The notes beneath the pieces are model-generated. The model saw only the letters and a program-made list of their open reading frames with translations, was not told the DNA's origin and did not search any database. A stretch of DNA of 61,894 nucleotides, the filler included, from Dugesia japonica (Eukaryota): the NCBI GenBank assembly GCA_001938525.1. It is 4 parts of 4 records of this genome, joined end to end, with 100 filler letters (N's around TTAATTAATTAA, not from the genome) between each part and the next. Parts side by side here need not be neighbours in the genome. Positions count along the whole stretch, not along the records: positions 42,141 to 52,303 come from MQRL01381500.1; positions 52,404 to 61,894 come from MQRL01631421.1; 2 more parts are not named here. One strand, 5' to 3'. The position numbers and the translations under genes were made by a program. This document shows, piece by piece, positions 51,475 to 61,894 of the stretch (position 1 is its first letter; each line of letters starts with the position of its first letter).

Positions 51475-52303
51475 AAGCGTTTCTCAAATTGTGTTTCACG
51501 GAACCTTAGGTTTCCATGAAGCACAAATATGGGTTCCGCCAGTAAATTTTAAAACATAAGTTAGTTAGTGTTCTCAATAGAATGTGTCCAATTCTGCTTA
51601 TTTTAAAAATAACTGTAAGTACAAATGTTTTTGTAATACTTAAACTTTTATCAACTATTAAATTAATTTCAATATTATTTAAGCAACGTCTTGTTCATTA
51701 TCTACAAATTATACTTTGCAGTAAAATATTAGTCAATAGTTCCTCAGCACCAGCCAAATTACGTCGTCATTTTGAAATGAATCATTTGAGATATGAAGAT
51801 AAAGATATTGCTTTTTTTAAAAGAAAACTGGAAGAATATAACAAATCTAACCTTTTCATTACAAAACCCTTTAAAACCAAAGTCTTCTTATAGAGTAAGT
51901 TATTGCATAGCAAGTGTATTGACGTGTGCAGTGATGACACCAAGGCTATGATAAAAAAAAGGCTGGTGTTGTAGCACGCATAAAGACTGTAGCAAAGAAC
52001 TGCACCAGTAGTCACTGCATTCTTCATAGACATGCATTGGTCGCTAAACATAAATCAACTTCATTTAAAACTGTGTTGGATGAAACAGTGCAAATTATAA
52101 ATTTCGTTAAAAGTCCTTCATTAAAATCACGACTGTTTAAATTTTTTTGTGAAGATATGGGTAGTAATCACACGACTCTTCTGCTGCATACATAGGTCCG
52201 TTGCTTATCTTGATGTAACAACCTCGTTAGATTATTTGAATTACGGCAAGAACTTTCAATATATTTTACGGGTGGCAAATTTAAATTATTTGATCGATTG
52301 ACA
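51475..52303 (+). mobile_element. hAT (Buster/Charlie-like) transposon, internally deleted and decayed
   Basis: TIR-like gcgtttctcaa; PAKLRRHF, CSDD..AM, HCILHRHAL, INFVK...SRLF..FCEDMGS.H.TLLLHT.VR.LS. Confidence 0.9.
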
Positions 52304-52403
52304 NNNNNNNNNNNNNNNNNNNNNNNNNNNNNNNNNNNNNNNNNNNNTTAATTAATTAANNNNNNNNNNNNNNNNNNNNNNNNNNNNNNNNNNNNNNNNN
52401 NNN
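52304..52403. other. Artificial contig-join linker
   Basis: N-run with TTAATTAATTAA at 52348-52359. Confidence 0.95.
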
Positions 52404-53190
52404 ATCCTTCTTTATAAGAAGTTTTTTGATCTTCTCTACGTTTTTTTCAAGACTTTATTTGTTTGTATCTTCTAAGATGTAGAGCTGTCATGAACTTTCC
52501 TCTTGGTCTTAAAAGGCCATTTATAAAAATCTTGGTTCTTGTTTCGACTTTCAATAAGACCTCATCACCGACCGCAAATTGTCTTTTGGTTAGTATTTAT
52601 TNNTCTTTCTCTTTGNGTACTCTTTGAGTATTTGTTTTGTACCATTTTTCTCTGCTAATTTTCTTCCCAAATACGATTTTATCAGGAAATGTCCAATCGG
52701 TTTTCTTTATTGTATCATTCAAGTTAAATTCTATCTCTGGTAATACATCCACTCAATCTGAGGTTTTAGTTTCTTTAATTGTTGCATTTATCATATTCGC
52801 ATAGTTCTAAATTGTCTGTCGATTTGTCGATTTGCCGATTTGTGTTAAGATGATACAAACTCGAAACTTGAGGGTTATTCCATGTTCAGCTGCAAAATCC
52901 TTCATTAATTGAGACTCAAATGCTCTTCCACAATCAACTCGAATTTCTCTCGGACACCCGAACTTTAATATCCACTTCTTCATTATTGCTTTCCGTATGG
53001 TAACTTCATGTTGTNNNNNNNNNNNNNNNNNNNNNNNNNNNNNNNNNNNNNNNNNNNNNNNNNNTTTCTCTCGGACACCCGAACTTTAATATCCACTTCT
53101 TCATTATTGCTTTCCGTATGGTAACTTCATGTTGTCTTTTCATTTATATCAAGGCTTTATACCTATTACATTGATCTATTAATAGTACTT
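52404..53190 (-). mobile_element. Ty3/gypsy integrase fragment
   Basis: KWILKFGCPREIRVDCGRAFES...LPEIEFNLN...FAVGDEVL. Confidence 0.85.
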
Positions 53191-53956
53191 GGGTCATTAA
53201 AGTTGGACAAAAACTATAAACAATTATTTTTTATTTGTGTCCATTAAGCATTCTCAAGATTAGACTTTAAGTGATAGTTTTTTGATCAGTGACAAAGTCA
53301 TTATCGAATAATGTATGCTTTTTACGTTGAGAGAAGAAAGGTTTTCAAAAGTTTTCAAAATTTCTCCGGTTTATACTATTTTTCTCAGCTCTAGACGAGA
53401 TTTTGTGATCAGCGTAACATTCCATATCGAATAGATTAATTTATAATTAAATTTGAGAACAAAATATTTTTCGAAAAAAATATTTTTTAAGATCATTCTG
53501 AATCTATTGATTTAAAAATCTCGACAAAAATGTTTTTTTGATATTTGGGATATTTACTGGATTCTATAAAAAATTTTATGCTTTGAGTGGAAATGATTTG
53601 AAAGTTAAAATGATTATTTTGAAAGAAAGTTTGATCTAAAACTTTGCAGCTGAAATTCTTTTTAAAAATCTTAGATCATTTGAATTAAAATTTTGAAATT
53701 GAAATTATTTTTTAAAAATATTAAAAAAGTGTTTGAATGAGAATTAAAATTTGCAGCTGAAATTATTTTTTTAAAAATATTCAAAATATTTTTGAATGAA
53801 TCTGAAATTTTAAATCTATTAGAAAATAGTTTCCAATCAGAGCACGAGGTTTTAATTTTTTTGATAAAACAAATAATGATGTTATAGTTTTTATTTTGAA
53901 ATAGATTTTGTGAAGTTGAGTACTTAGATTATCAAAAACAAAATTCAAATCTCATC

Positions 53957-56900
53957 TAACATGGTGGCAGCAGTAAACCCCGGTGCGATCACAGAAAGAT
54001 TGTTGCCAAAATATTTTGCAGGGCGATGATCTAGAAAAGATTATCAAACGGTGTAAAATAAACTTTAAGGCAAAGAACATCGTTATTAAGATAGATCACG
54101 AACGTTAGGTAACATGTATCCTACATAAAGATTTAATGGAAGCATATGTAAAGATATTCAAGAAAGCGGATGGATATCGAGAGAGATTGCGATTAGCCTT
54201 TGAGAGCATAATAAAAAATTTACAGAATATTGTAAGCTATCAACACTTGAGGTGTTTTTTAAAAAAGTGGAAGATTGGGTCGATAAATATTTAGCAAATG
54301 GAAAGTTGACGAAAGAAAAACTCTTATCAAAAATGCTAATAATTTGTGCAGATTTTAGAAAAGCAAAATAAGAGATTATCATGCAAAAATTAGTGAAAGT
54401 AGAAGATTTAAAAGAAACGTTATCATTGGTTGAAAAAATGGAAAGACGAGAACTTATTAATGAAGTAAAGAGTTATGCGGTTGTAACACGTGGAGAACGC
54501 TTAGGAGTAAGGAGACAAGATATTGAGAGATACAAAAAGAACAGAACCACAGTGTTGGACATGCCATAGTTATGGGCATACAAAAAGAGAGTGTCCAAAA
54601 AATTCTCTTGTTGAATGCTAGACTTGTCACAAAAAAGGGCATTTAAGAGGAAATTGCCCAGATAAGAAAACACCAAAATGTTTTGGGTGTGTTAAGTTGG
54701 GTCATATCAAAAGGATATACATTGAAATTGTATGTAGTAGATGTAAAAGACCGGGCTACAGAGTGGAAAAATGCTATTCGAAACATTAATAAATCTAGAC
54801 TAGATGAGAGAAGATACAATTTTAAAAGCGGACAACAAACTAAAGATTAGAGTCGGGCCAAACCAATTCATGCCATTCAAAAAGTAGATGATGAAGAGAA
54901 TGAAGAAATAATTTCTAATAGCATAATAGAAAATGAAGATCCAAGAAGAGAAGAAAATGGAGGGCTCCACCAGTAGTGGAGTTGGTTAAAGCCATTCATT
55001 AAACGAGATACCGTTTGGATATCATCAAGACACTGAGAAATGGGATGGGACAAGAAAAGTGAGAGAAAAGATTTACAGATTCCAAAAAGAGAAAGTTTTA
55101 ATGATACGGAAGTTAACAAAGCAGAAGTAATAGGAACAAACAAAGAGGAAATAAACGTAAAAATTTCGTGTGATAAGATGCAAGGAGACCGCGCATTTCA
55201 GTGATGATCAAGGTTGAATAGTTTGATTGTTTGTTGGATACAAGAGCAAGAATAAATGTGATGAGCATGAAAGGATTTCATAGACTCGGATAAAAAATGT
55301 TAGAGAAAAGCGAAGAATGATTGCATTGCGCGAATAACAGCTCATTGGAAACGATTGGAAAGATACGTGTCAAAATTCTAGTTTCATAGGTGTGCAAGGA
55401 AGTAACATTTATAATAGTAGATAAATTAACATCAATTTAATTGGTGAAGTGGAATTTCAAAATACCTTTGGGAATCATCTTCAGAAAAAATGCAAGGTAG
55501 ACATCAATAATAATCGAGAAAGATTTGTTTGCAACATCAAGGCAATATTTGGAAGGCAGATACCGACAGGTGAACGATTGAGACATGCAATTGAGATTCT
55601 AGATATAAAAAAGATCATAAACTGACTGCGATTATTCAGAATAATGAGGATGTGTCTATGGCGGATAAATGGGACATTGGATGTAAACACTTAACGAAAC
55701 ATCAAATAATCACTAAAGAAGGTCCAAGCAACATAAAGCCGTATCGCCAACCAATGAATCTAGAGATAAAATTGTAGAGACAATCAATAATCTATATGAT
55801 AATGGTATCATCCAGAAGTGTAATTCGCAATGTAATACGTCATTAATTTGAGTTTGGTAAAAGGAAAAAAGGATATATGATTATGCTTAAACTTTAGGCA
55901 GCTCAATGCAATAACAGAAAGACAAGCTTTTCCTATACCAAATGTTGACAAAATGCTAAATGCTTTGGAAGGTATGCAGTATTTTAGCTCAATTGACTTG
56001 GTAAATGCATACTACCAAGTGGAGGTCAGTGAAGATTCTCAAGAAAAGACGGCGTTTTCTACCAAACAAGGGTAATTTTGTTTCAATAGAATGACTTTTC
56101 GAATTTCAGCAGCACTACGTAAGTTTCAGAAAATGATGAATAAAGTAATCGGGAAAATTAAAGGAGCAATGGTTTATCTATATGATATTCTCATATTTAC
56201 CGAAACAAAGGAGTAACATTATGAAATAATCAATAAAGTATTAACAGAAATTAAGAAAGCTAGTCTAAGAGTTAATACGAAGAAATGTCAATTCATGCAA
56301 AAGGAGATCAAATTTTTATCAGTAACAAAGTGTCAAAACCGATCCAACTTAAATATTAGCAATTAAAAACTTTGGTAAACCAAAATGCCTCAAGAAAATG
56401 ATAAGCAATTTAGGAATATGCAATTACTATCGCAAGATTATTCGAAAAACGCTAGATTGCTAGAAAAACTGTGCAGTGGGCCAAGTAACAAGAAAATTGT
56501 ATGGGCGAATGAATTAAAAGAAGTCTTTAATGGAATGAAAGAAGTACTAATGATGTATCTAATATTATGTTTTCCAGATAAAATAGAAGATTTATTTTGA
56601 ACACGGATGCGAGTTTCTATGCGATAAGACCGTATTATCTCAAAAGGACAACATTTGGCAAGAAGGAGTAATTGCATATGGGTCACACGCATGTTGTACT
56701 ACACGGAAAGAATTGCTCTCAATTGACTACTTTTGTATTCATTTCAGACATTACTTATATGGGAAGAGATTTATACTCAGAACAGATCATAAAGCCATCA
56801 CTTTTATGCTAAATACCAAGAAGCNGATTACATCACAGTTTCAAATCTGGATTAATTATTTGAGCAGTTTAGATATAAATTAGAATATAGAAAAGGATCG

Positions 56901-57110
56901 CTTCATATAAATGTAGTTATCTTGCCAAGTGGTATATGCGATACATGTACACAATATTTAATGTCACATGATGATCCGAAAAGTGAAAAATTAAAATTAA
57001 GGATGTTAAATACAGTAAATATTCAAGAAAAACAAACCAATTTTGGTTAGAATGATGAAAGAACATGGATACCTGATGATAAAGTAGAATTTATAAGTGA
57101 TGCAATGATT
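53957..57110 (+). mobile_element. Decayed Ty3/gypsy element: PBS, gag, protease, RT, RNase H; integrase missing
   Basis: taaca-TGGTGGCAGC PBS, CCHC knuckles at 54551-54775, CLLDT protease, FRQLNAIT, YLYDILIF, TDAS, FILRTDHKAI. Confidence 0.92.
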
Positions 57111-59380
57111 CGAAAATATATTATATAATTAACAATATTCATACAGGTTGTATCAATCTCAACATACTTACGGGTCACATGAATATTTAATTATCAGAAA
57201 TATATCCTACTCACATCTCCCCCATCTGATAAGGCATAATCCATTCAATATTTCGAAAAACTTTAGTACCATCATTTTTCTTAATTTTATAGCTTCCATT
57301 GTGTAGTTTATCAATTATAGTGTATGGACCATAAAATCGTTTTTCTTGTTTATTTCTAACATCAATTTTACTTCAAACTTTGTCACTTATTTTAAAACTC
57401 TTTTCTGCTTTATTGTGCAGTTGATGCAGTATATCCTCATTGGTTAGAAATTTATCTGAGCTTTCAAATTTATCTGTACTTAGCTTTTTTCTAAAATTTA
57501 TTACTGCAGGACTTATTTTAGTACTTTTATGAATTGTTGAATTCATAGTAAATTATATTTGAAGTAAACTTTCTTCCAAATTTCTGAATAATTTGTCTTC
57601 GACACTGCAATATATCCAGTCTCTAATCGTTTGAAATTGCCGTTCAATTTGACCTTTTGCTTGATGGTGATATGGACTAGAATATTCTTTTTTAAAATTA
57701 AATTTCTTTGACAAATCTGTAAACATCGATGATAAAAAACATTTTCCATGGTAAACATGAATCGATCTTGGTGAACCAAACTTCAATAACTAACATTCAC
57801 TTAGAATCTTGATTAAAGTTTTATCATCTTGATTTTTAATGCTTTTAGTAAAATATATTTGCTATACTGTTCAATATTTCAAATATATACTTTTTTCCTG
57901 TGTTTTTCAATTTAAATGGTCCGCAAAAATATAAGTAAATAGATTCAAATGGTTCATTAGATGCTAATTTTAGGAATTCCTCTTTCGTTTTCATTGTATA
58001 AACTTTTCCTTCATAACATATTTTGCAATTCTAAATAATTTTCTTCACATATTCTTCAAAGTTTTCCATATAATACTTTTGTTTCATAAAATCGTACACC
58101 TTCTGAAATCCAGCATGACATAATGTCTTGTACGTTTCCGTAATGATGTCATTTCATTTATCCTTAGGAGTCTATATTTTATTGTTTTTAAAAACAATTC
58201 CGTCTTTATATTCAAATTTCCCTGTGTTTTTACTAGCAATCTTATTTATTATGTCATTAATTTCCTCATTATTTCTCTGCATTTTATATTTAATGATATC
58301 TTCATTTACAACTAATAAACAATTTTGGGCTTTTGTAGTTTTAGCATCAGCGTGTTGCAAATTACATTGTTTACACAACTGTTAATTCAATCTTGATAAA
58401 GCATCTGCGCTTTAATGTTTCTCTCCTTTTCTATAATCCAACTTGATATTTAAATTGCTGAGAAAATCTATCCAATTTTGAAATTGAGCAGTTATTGGTT
58501 TCCCTATTGTTAACATAAAAATTATTGCTTTATGGTCTGTTCGCAATACAAATTGTTTTCCGTATAAATAGTGCTTAAAGTGTTGAGTAAAGTGAAATAC
58601 TGAAAGTAATTCTTTTCTCGTAATTCAGTATCCAACTTCATGTTTTGACCTACTTTTTGAACTGTAAGTAATCCCTCTTTCTTTTCCAAAATTATCTTTT
58701 TGGGACAATACAACACCAATACTGTTGAAATTTGCGTCCGTATCTAAAACAATTCACGACTGAAATCAGGGTGACATAATGGAGGAGCATTTGACATTAT
58801 CTCTTTCAGTTTCTCAAATGCAATTTCACATTCAGATGTCCAAATGATTTTCTTTTCTTTTGTACTTAATAAAGATAATAGTGGTTTGCTAGTTGAGAAT
58901 ATCATTCAATGAATTTCTTATAGTAATTAGTTAGACCCAAAAATCTTGTGACTTGTTTAACGCAACATGGTTTTTTAAATGTCTGTATAGATTTTACTTT
59001 ATCATAATCAGTCAATATTCCATCAGTATTAATTACGCGGCCTAAACATTTTATTTCCGATACTAGAAATGTGCATTTATTCGTAAACTAGATTTAGATA
59101 TCCTTTTAAAAAGCTTGTCGAAAATTGAAATATGATCATCAATTGTTTTCGAAAAAATTAAAATATCATCCAGATTTTTGTCATCTATTTGGTAAAACTA
59201 TTGGTTCACAATTTTTCATAATCAAATGCTTTAAAATATTTGTCTTTCCTATATCCCATTTATTTGCCATAAAAATATTGCTAAATTTAATTATTGTTTC
59301 ATAAAATGGATGAGTTTTTCCTATCATGTCTTTTGATTTTAAAGCTTCCTGTCTGTCAAAATCTGTTAAAAATGTTGCCC
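57110..59380 (-). mobile_element. Decayed Ty3/gypsy pol (RT-RH-IN) with PPT and LTR start
   Basis: LDDILIFS, LDTDANF, RTDHKAI, ADALSR, SSPYHHQAKGQIER, YGPY; GGGGGAGA-TGTG at 57223-57212. Confidence 0.9.
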
Positions 59381-59463
59381 AATAAAAATCATTAAAATTA
59401 TAATTTATTTAAATTTATTTTCTATTATTAAAAATAACTAAATCTAATTAATAAATTATTAAA

Positions 59464-60960
59464 ATGACAAATAATATTAGCATTTCTAAAGAATTTCAAA
59501 TAAAGAATGAAGAAAAAATTTGTAAGAATAATTCAGAAATTGAAACTTTATTTTTGAAAAGAGAATCATTATTGCAAATGTCAAATACAAAAGAAGAAAA
59601 AGAAAATGAAATAACAAATGAAAACTTTAGTTAAAATTAATTAAATTAAATGAAAAACATTCAACATCGTTCGTTTTTGATAACAAAAAAGATCAACTTA
59701 TTTTTGAAAATTTTAGAAATAATAAGAAAAATTCAATCAATCAACTAATTGATAAAAATATAGAAAAAAAACAGACAAATAATTCAAAAATTAAATTATC
59801 AAATTTAGAGAATTTAAAAGCTGTTAAAAGATATGATAAAAGAGAAACATTGCAAAGTATTAGTAGTGATTTGAATATATCTTCTGAAACTATTTGGTAT
59901 TGGTTTAAAATTAAAGAAAAATTAGTAAAATCCTGTTTAATAAGTTCTGAAAGTTTAAATGATGAAAATGCAGTAATAAATGAAAATATTGAACAAGAAA
60001 TAATTGAAGAAAATATTTTCACTAGAAAGAAAAGACAGCCAATATCAAAAATATCAATTTTAGATAAATTAAAAGCAATTAAAATGTACGGAAAAGGTGA
60101 AACATTGAAAAGTATTAGTTCGGCTTTCAAAGTAAGTGAATCATCTATTTTACTTTGGTATAATAATAAAGAAAAATTGCAAAATATTTATTTAAAGACA
60201 ATTGAAAATTCTATTGATAAAAGCCTTCAAGTAAATGAAAATAAAGATTTCAATGAAGAAGTAATTGAGGAAAATATTTTCAGTAAAATAAAAAGGGAGC
60301 CAACTCTAAAAATTCCAATTTCAAATAAATTAAAAGTGATTAAAAGATATGAAAAAGGAGAAATATTACAAAGTATAAGTAGTGATTTGAATATATCTCT
60401 ATCAGTTATCTTGTTTTGGTATAAAAATAAAGAAAAATTAGAGAAATTAGGTGTAAAAAGTTCTGAAAATTTGAATCATCAAAATACATTAAATAAATGA
60501 AAATATTGAACAAGAAATAATTGAGAAAAATATTTTCTCTACGAAAAAAAGCCAAAATCAAAAATATCAATTTTAGACAAATTAAAAGCAATAAGAAGAT
60601 ATGGAAAAGGAGAAACATTGAGAAGCATTAATTGCGATTTCAAAATAAGTGAATCAACTATTTTATATTGGTATAATAATAAAGAAAAATATTTATTTGA
60701 AGACAATGAAAAATTCAATTAATAAAAACCTTCAAGTAAATGAAAATAAAGATTTATTTGATTTCAACGAAGAAATAATTGAAGAAAATATTTTCACTAG
60801 AAAGAAACGAAGGCCAAATTTAATAATATCAATTTTAGAAAAAGTAGAAGCAATAAAAAAATATGAAAATGGAGAATGTTTAAAAAATTGTTAAAGATTT
60901 AAATATTCCAAGAAGAACGATTTTCTATTGTTTCATTAAAACGAACAAACTCAACAGAAA
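59464..60960 (+). pseudogene. Protein with five tandem CENP-B/psq-type HTH DNA-binding repeats, frameshifted
   Basis: Repeated R(K)KR..IS...KLK.IK.YEKGE.L.SIS....S.S.I..WY.NKEKL units of about 80-90 aa; no transposase catalytic domain follows. Confidence 0.75.
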
Positions 60961-61894
60961 CAAATTTCAATAATTGTAAAAGAATAAAATTAATTATAAT
61001 AAAAATAAATTTTCCTAATTTTAGCTTTATATTTTTTCATTTATTTCTTAATTTTATTTTCAGTTTTTAAATATTTAACAATCATTTAATTCTGATGAAT
61101 GTTTAATGCAATGTGAAGTTGACAAATTAAAAAATCCAGAATATTTGAAAACTCTATTTGTACATCCAAAAAAAGTTATTAAAAAAATTTCAAAAACTTG
61201 ATTTATTAAAAAATTTATTATTTAATCAAAATTTTAATATAACAAAGCAATTCTTAATCAAAATATGATTTTAGTAAGATTTCTATTCAAATCTCCACTT
61301 CGATTCCGTATTCATGATTGCCAGTGGAAATATTTTTTCCGTCCAATCTCACACCAAATGTTGTTTTAATTCCTAAATATGATAAAGTTAAATAGATAAA
61401 ATAGATCAGACAATGATAAACAAAATTTAATCTTTTACAGATGTGAATGATTATTTTATTACNGTACAAGAAACTTATATTTTCCTACATAGTTATAGAT
61501 AAAACACAATCAATTTTTTATCCACATAAAATCATTAATATCACTTAACTTAAACAAAATTTTCACGAAAATATTATAATATTAAAGTCATCAAGAAGCA
61601 CCTAAAGTTAATATTAATATTGCCCGAGAGCGACTAATTTTAATATTAATATTTCCCGCTAAGCTTCTAATGTCAATATTGTCCGATAGAAAATTCCCTT
61701 AAAAATTAAAAACCTTGGTTAATTAAAGAAAAAGTAATCTTTTCCGCCGATTTTACGTGAAAAAATTTCAGAAAAGTAATAATTTCACTTAAGTTAAACA
61801 AAAAATCATAAATATCTGTGAATTTAAACAAAAAATTTAATTGCACACTGATGACTCATCAAAAAAAAATAATCGTGAAATTCTGACTTTAAAA

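Noticed and set aside
52944-53134. Exact 70-bp direct repeat
   Set aside because: Identical sequence on both sides of an N gap, most likely an unmerged contig overlap.
59741-60130. 129-aa minus-strand ORF
   Set aside because: Antisense shadow of the HTH repeat gene.
61845-61890. CTGATGA...GAAA hammerhead core
   Set aside because: No convincing stem I or stem II pairing.

Overview
AT-rich eukaryotic (invertebrate-like) repeat-dense DNA with 44-54 nt GT-AG introns. It is not prokaryotic. Three 100-nt gaps carry a TTAATTAATTAA all-frame-stop linker (24070-24169, 42041-42140, 52304-52403), so the window is probably four joined pieces whose adjacency is unproven. Main content: (1) two decayed, overlapping copies of one Polinton/Maverick (adintovirus-like) endogenous virus. 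Together they give major capsid, Zn-finger/PLA2 probably fused to integrase, packaging ATPase, pX-like core protein, a conserved ORF, minor capsid, adenain protease and a fibre-like ORF; no pPolB is seen. (2) Seven copies of a 21-nt AGTAG...GCGCAC terminus-like motif, most heading repeat-rich DNA. (3) Decayed transposons: several Ty3/gypsy copies, one RLE-type non-LTR element, mariner, Merlin (TIR and 8-bp TSD intact), hAT, and Penelope-like pieces with minimal hammerhead-like motifs. (4) Host-type fragments: a spliced FN3 gene, two GAIN-like exons, and a gene with five CENP-B/psq-type HTH repeats. The least explicable structure is at 47.6-49.6 kb: four tandem GC-richer orphan ORFs, each with its own 3' splice acceptor and poly(A) signal at about 90-150 nt spacing, plus a convergent fifth ORF. 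All calls come from reading motifs by eye; no database search was run.
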